Below, one piece after another: positions 62,076 to 64,000 of a DNA stretch of 64,000 bases. The notes below the pieces were generated by a model, which saw only the letters and a program-made list of their open reading frames with translations, was not told the DNA's origin and ran no database searches. Origin of the DNA: Camelus ferus (taxonomy: Eukaryota); the NCBI RefSeq assembly GCF_009834535.1, contig NC_045697.1:88042001-88106000 (forward strand), read 5' to 3'. Numbering within the stretch: position 1 is the first letter of the stretch; each line of letters starts with the position of its first letter. A program made the translations under genes and the position numbers.

Positions 62076-64000
62076 TCATTCCAGAGTAAGAGAGAAAGTG
62101 GGATGGTTTCGGATTAACACATAAACTGCTTTATACATATAAATCTCTAAAAAAATTGAGGTTAAAATGTACTTAATTTAATTATAAGGATGCTTGAGGC
62201 AAAGCTGTGTCCCCAGTGTAAGATACCTGGATAATTCTCTACTCTCCCTTATGACAGAACTGAATTTCCTTGCCTGTTTCCAGACTGTAGATCTGTGTGA
62301 TAAAAAATAGTGATTATGCCAGATAACATTGATGCTGTTTTCTATTGTGAATTTAAAATCTCTATGTAAGGAAAAACATTTATAATGCCCTCTTGATCAA
62401 ATCATCCCTTGTGTTAATTCTTGCCGTGAAAGAATTGTCAGGTTATTGTGCATAGTGTAAGGGTCAGTTTGAGGCATTATAAACAGTGAGTCTGAGATTA
62501 TATAAGCTAGAAGGCTGGTTTATAAAGAGCCAACTAGAGAAAAGAGCATCCAAAGCAGTTGAACAGATGTGTATGCCCACCTTCATGCACATAGATACAC
62601 CCAGATTTATGCATCAGGACATAGAGATTAATAGCCAGTAGTCAACACCAATAGTTATTTTTAATTGTGCAAATTCATACCACTTGGGTAAGGCACAGGA
62701 TTTACGTGACTTCTCCATAGTTACATAATTAGTGAGTGGCGGAAATATTTGGCTTTTAGACTTCAGGTTCCATATTATTTTTAATACATTCTGCAGACCC
62801 AGGGTCCCTGGGAAACTCACCGCATACCTTTCTTGCACAGTCAAGGTGGGTAAAACCCTTCTGTACTTGCAAGTTGATGTCAGGTGAATTCTCCTACATC
62901 TCTGTATTAAGACTTGGCACCTCTATTGCTGAAGGAGAGAGAGACTTCTCAGCTTCAGGTGAAGCTTAAGTTTGGAAATTAGGGTTCTTGATCAGTGAAC
63001 AGTAGGTAGAAGAGGCATGAGAGCTAGGTAGGCATAGGGATTGGCAGAAATTCAAGGCCTTTTGTATATCTTTTGTTTTTTTCCTTCCTTACTCCCTGCC
63101 CCTGACCTGTCCCACTGTTAACAAGTTTTAAAGCTATTTAAGCAGTCATGAAATCTTGCCAGGAAATTTCTGGGCCACTCTAAGTCTTCAAATGAAAGTT
63201 CAGAGCTAGGTAGGAGCCATTGGACATTTTTCTGACTGAAATAATTCATTGCTTTTGGTCCTGAGTATAAGCTTGGCTCAGAAACGAAAGATGGGAGGTT
63301 TCTTTACCCTTCATGCCTGAGAATTCCTAGTCCCTGGAGTAAAGAGAGAAAAGAGTTATATATGAGGGAGAGGGTGTAAAAGTACATTCTTTTATTTACT
63401 GTTAGTGAAAGTTCAGGGATATATTTTGTGGGGTTTTCTTTTCAATATTTTGTAATGTATTCTGAGCAAGTATAGTTTTATTCTAATGATACACATATGT
63501 TTGTACTTGGTATGTTGAAAAGAAAATTAAGAACATTTGGTTTAAGGGACTGAGACCTTCAGAAAGATAGTAAGAAGTCCAAGTGGATATTGGAAAATTA
63601 TATTAGGTACTTTATTGAATGAGTCTTATTTATGTGAATTTCACAAGATACTTAAAAGTACACAAAGCCTTCCCAAGTGCATTTTGTCAAGGTTTCTTGA
63701 GAACAAATTCCAAAAAGCATTTCCTTCATTAATGGCCCTTTTCAAGCCAACTTGCCAGGTGTTTCAACTATTTTCCAGGAAGTATAATTCATGTGGGGAT
63801 GTGTGTGAATGCTTCTTTGGCTATTTTATGTTTAAGATGTTCTGGGGTTTATTTATTTATTATTTCCCCCATTGTTTTTGTTAAGATTCTAATTATGTAT
63901 TTGGGAGTTTGTCTGCTTCTTTTTCCACAAGCAAATTCGGAATGCGGGTAATTTCTGAATCATTCTCTCCCATTTTTCAATAAATTATATTTGAACATGC

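Noticed and set aside
1..64000. CRISPR arrays, operons or other prokaryotic/viral systems
   Set aside because: No regularly spaced repeat-spacer arrays and no gene-dense ORFs; the repeat content is unambiguously eutherian.

Overview
Mammalian (eutherian) non-coding genomic DNA, either intronic or intergenic. I found no convincing host protein-coding exon, RNA gene, CpG-island promoter or prokaryotic system. The ORFs in the track are L1 ORF2 remnants, microsatellite read-throughs or chance ORFs. Much of the window is a mosaic of ancient interspersed repeats (L1M, L2, MIR, MaLR/MLT1 LTRs, ERV1-like pieces, MER5/MER58 DNA transposons), plus two younger L1 insertions with visible target-site duplications (TSDs). 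The young L1 3' UTR and the lack of Alu, B1/B2, Bov-A/BovB, PRE1 or Can-SINE copies point tentatively to a camelid-like cetartiodactyl. Most notable: (1) an antisense L1 ORF2/RT fragment with a + strand A-tail and TSD, resembling an extreme twin-priming product (40.1-40.7 kb); (2) a young, almost tail-less L1 nested in L2 (48.3-49.0 kb); (3) an LTR-internal-LTR MaLR carrying a nested LTR (11.8-14.4 kb); (4) three CTCF-like motifs, two forming a divergent pair around an RFX/EICE motif cluster (45.5-54.4 kb); (5) a ~105-nt fold-back (62.4 kb); (6) a visible GC/CpG rise after ~38 kb. Repeat families were assigned by eye from remembered consensus sequences, and boundaries are approximate unless a TSD is cited. 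I do not see evidence for a new biological system.
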